Below are positions 62,800-64,000 of a DNA stretch of 64,000 nt, one piece after another. The notes beneath the pieces are model-generated. The model had not been told where the DNA came from. It searched no databases and saw only the letters and a program-made list of their open reading frames with translations. Numbering within the stretch: position 1 is the stretch's first letter; each line of letters begins with the position of its first letter. Source of the stretch: Rhina ancylostomus (lineage: Eukaryota); contig JARFYF010000051.1 of assembly GCA_030265395.1 (NCBI GenBank), positions 15,925,552-15,989,551 of the forward strand. The letters are read 5' to 3'. The position numbers and the translations under genes were made by a program.

Positions 62800-63030
62800 T
62801 ATTGTCTTTCTGTCTCTCTATCTATCTTTCTCTGAACCCCTTCTTATTCTCTCTGATTCTCCAAACCACACGCTTCTCTGTTACCCTCTCGATCTTTGTC
62901 TCTTTCTCTCCTTTTTGCTCTTTTTCACTCTCTCTGATCTACGTTTCTGTCCCCTATTTGTCTTTTACTCTGTTTCTCTCTGTCTCTGTCCCTGTCTCTC
63001 TCTCGTCCCCCCTCCCTCCTTCCCTCCCAA
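62800..63030. repeat. CT-rich low-complexity polypyrimidine tract
   Basis: Degenerate (TCTC/TGTC) runs. Confidence 0.8.
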
Positions 63031-64000
63031 GCTTGGAATCACAGACCAGGGAAAGAGTACTGATTTCCTTGGAAGTAGACATTAGAGAACCAGATGGATT
63101 TTCATGACAATTTGGTAGTTTCATGATTAGTATTACTGATACCAGTTTTTAATTCTATTTTTATTCCATTAACAAACAAAAGGAGTTAACTCCAATGTGC
63201 TCTGCTCTGAGAAAACAATAAACATGCAAATGTTGATGCTCCTGTTAAATAACCATATAGGCCATTTTGGACCTGATTTCTTGTGCAATGCTCATACTTG
63301 GTATTAACTGCACACACATGAATAGCTCACACTGGGAAATTGTCAAATCTGCACTGGGTGATGATTAACCATACTTTTCCACTCTCTGCACGTCGCAGGT
63401 GAATGCGTTTGACAAGCACATTAAAACGTGATCAAATATTTTATAAACAATAGATGCTACAAACAGATCGCAATTTACAATTGATTTTGGACTGCAGTTA
63501 AGTGCTTAGTACTTTAAAAATATGCAGAATAGAGCTTAATTTATGGGCCTGTCATTTTATGGGATCACTCAGGTGATTTGATAACATTATTTGATTTGAC
63601 CTCAGCTGATATGGCTCTAAGAGGATTTGGTGTTGTGGAGGGTGTTAATCTTTGACGTCATTCCGGTCGGTTTCAAAACTAGCAATATCATTTCCAGTTC
63701 ACATTGACCTTTTTGATAAAGTATAATCAGATTTGGGCCAGGGGAGACTTGCCCCAGGTTTAAATTGAGCAGGAGGCATCAAAACCAAATAATCTATTGT
63801 TATCTCCTCTCACACTACAGTATAAAGCATTTCTAATATTAACTCTGATTTGTCTCTCCACTGGCACTGCCTGAGCCGCTGGGCATCTCCTGCAGCTCTG
63901 GCCTGCATACACAGCTCGCACGTGTCTTTCTATTTGTTTTCTCTCTTTCAATTTTCCCCGATTAATCAATCGATCAGTTGGCTTCTTCAATAGCTTATTG

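Overview
AT-rich, repeat-dense vertebrate genomic DNA with many N gaps. The V-SINE/DeuSINE, Rex1, RTE, CR1/L2 and Tx1 repeat content suggests a cartilaginous fish (inference). I reconstructed two convergent multi-exon genes by hand from GT-AG sites with consistent codon phase. (1) Minus strand, 54814 to 31040: a 15-exon CDHR5 (mu-protocadherin)-family gene of about 1,087 aa, with a signal peptide, 4 cadherin repeats, no mucin domain, one TM helix, a 21-nt microexon and a very long (~580 aa) repeat-containing cytoplasmic tail. (2) Plus strand, about 3499/3556 to 25820: an uncharacterised gene of at least 8 exons (~390 aa), with a long hydrophilic N-terminus and a ~120-aa hydrophobic, proline-punctuated helical C-terminal domain. 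A dead partial copy of its last exon lies in the preceding intron. The rest is introns and intergenic DNA holding a Harbinger transposase fossil, a solo LTR with TSD, LINE/SINE fragments, local duplications and a ~3 kb 30-bp minisatellite upstream of the cadherin gene. I saw no CRISPR arrays, rRNA or true tRNA genes. Family calls rest on remembered motifs, not database searches.
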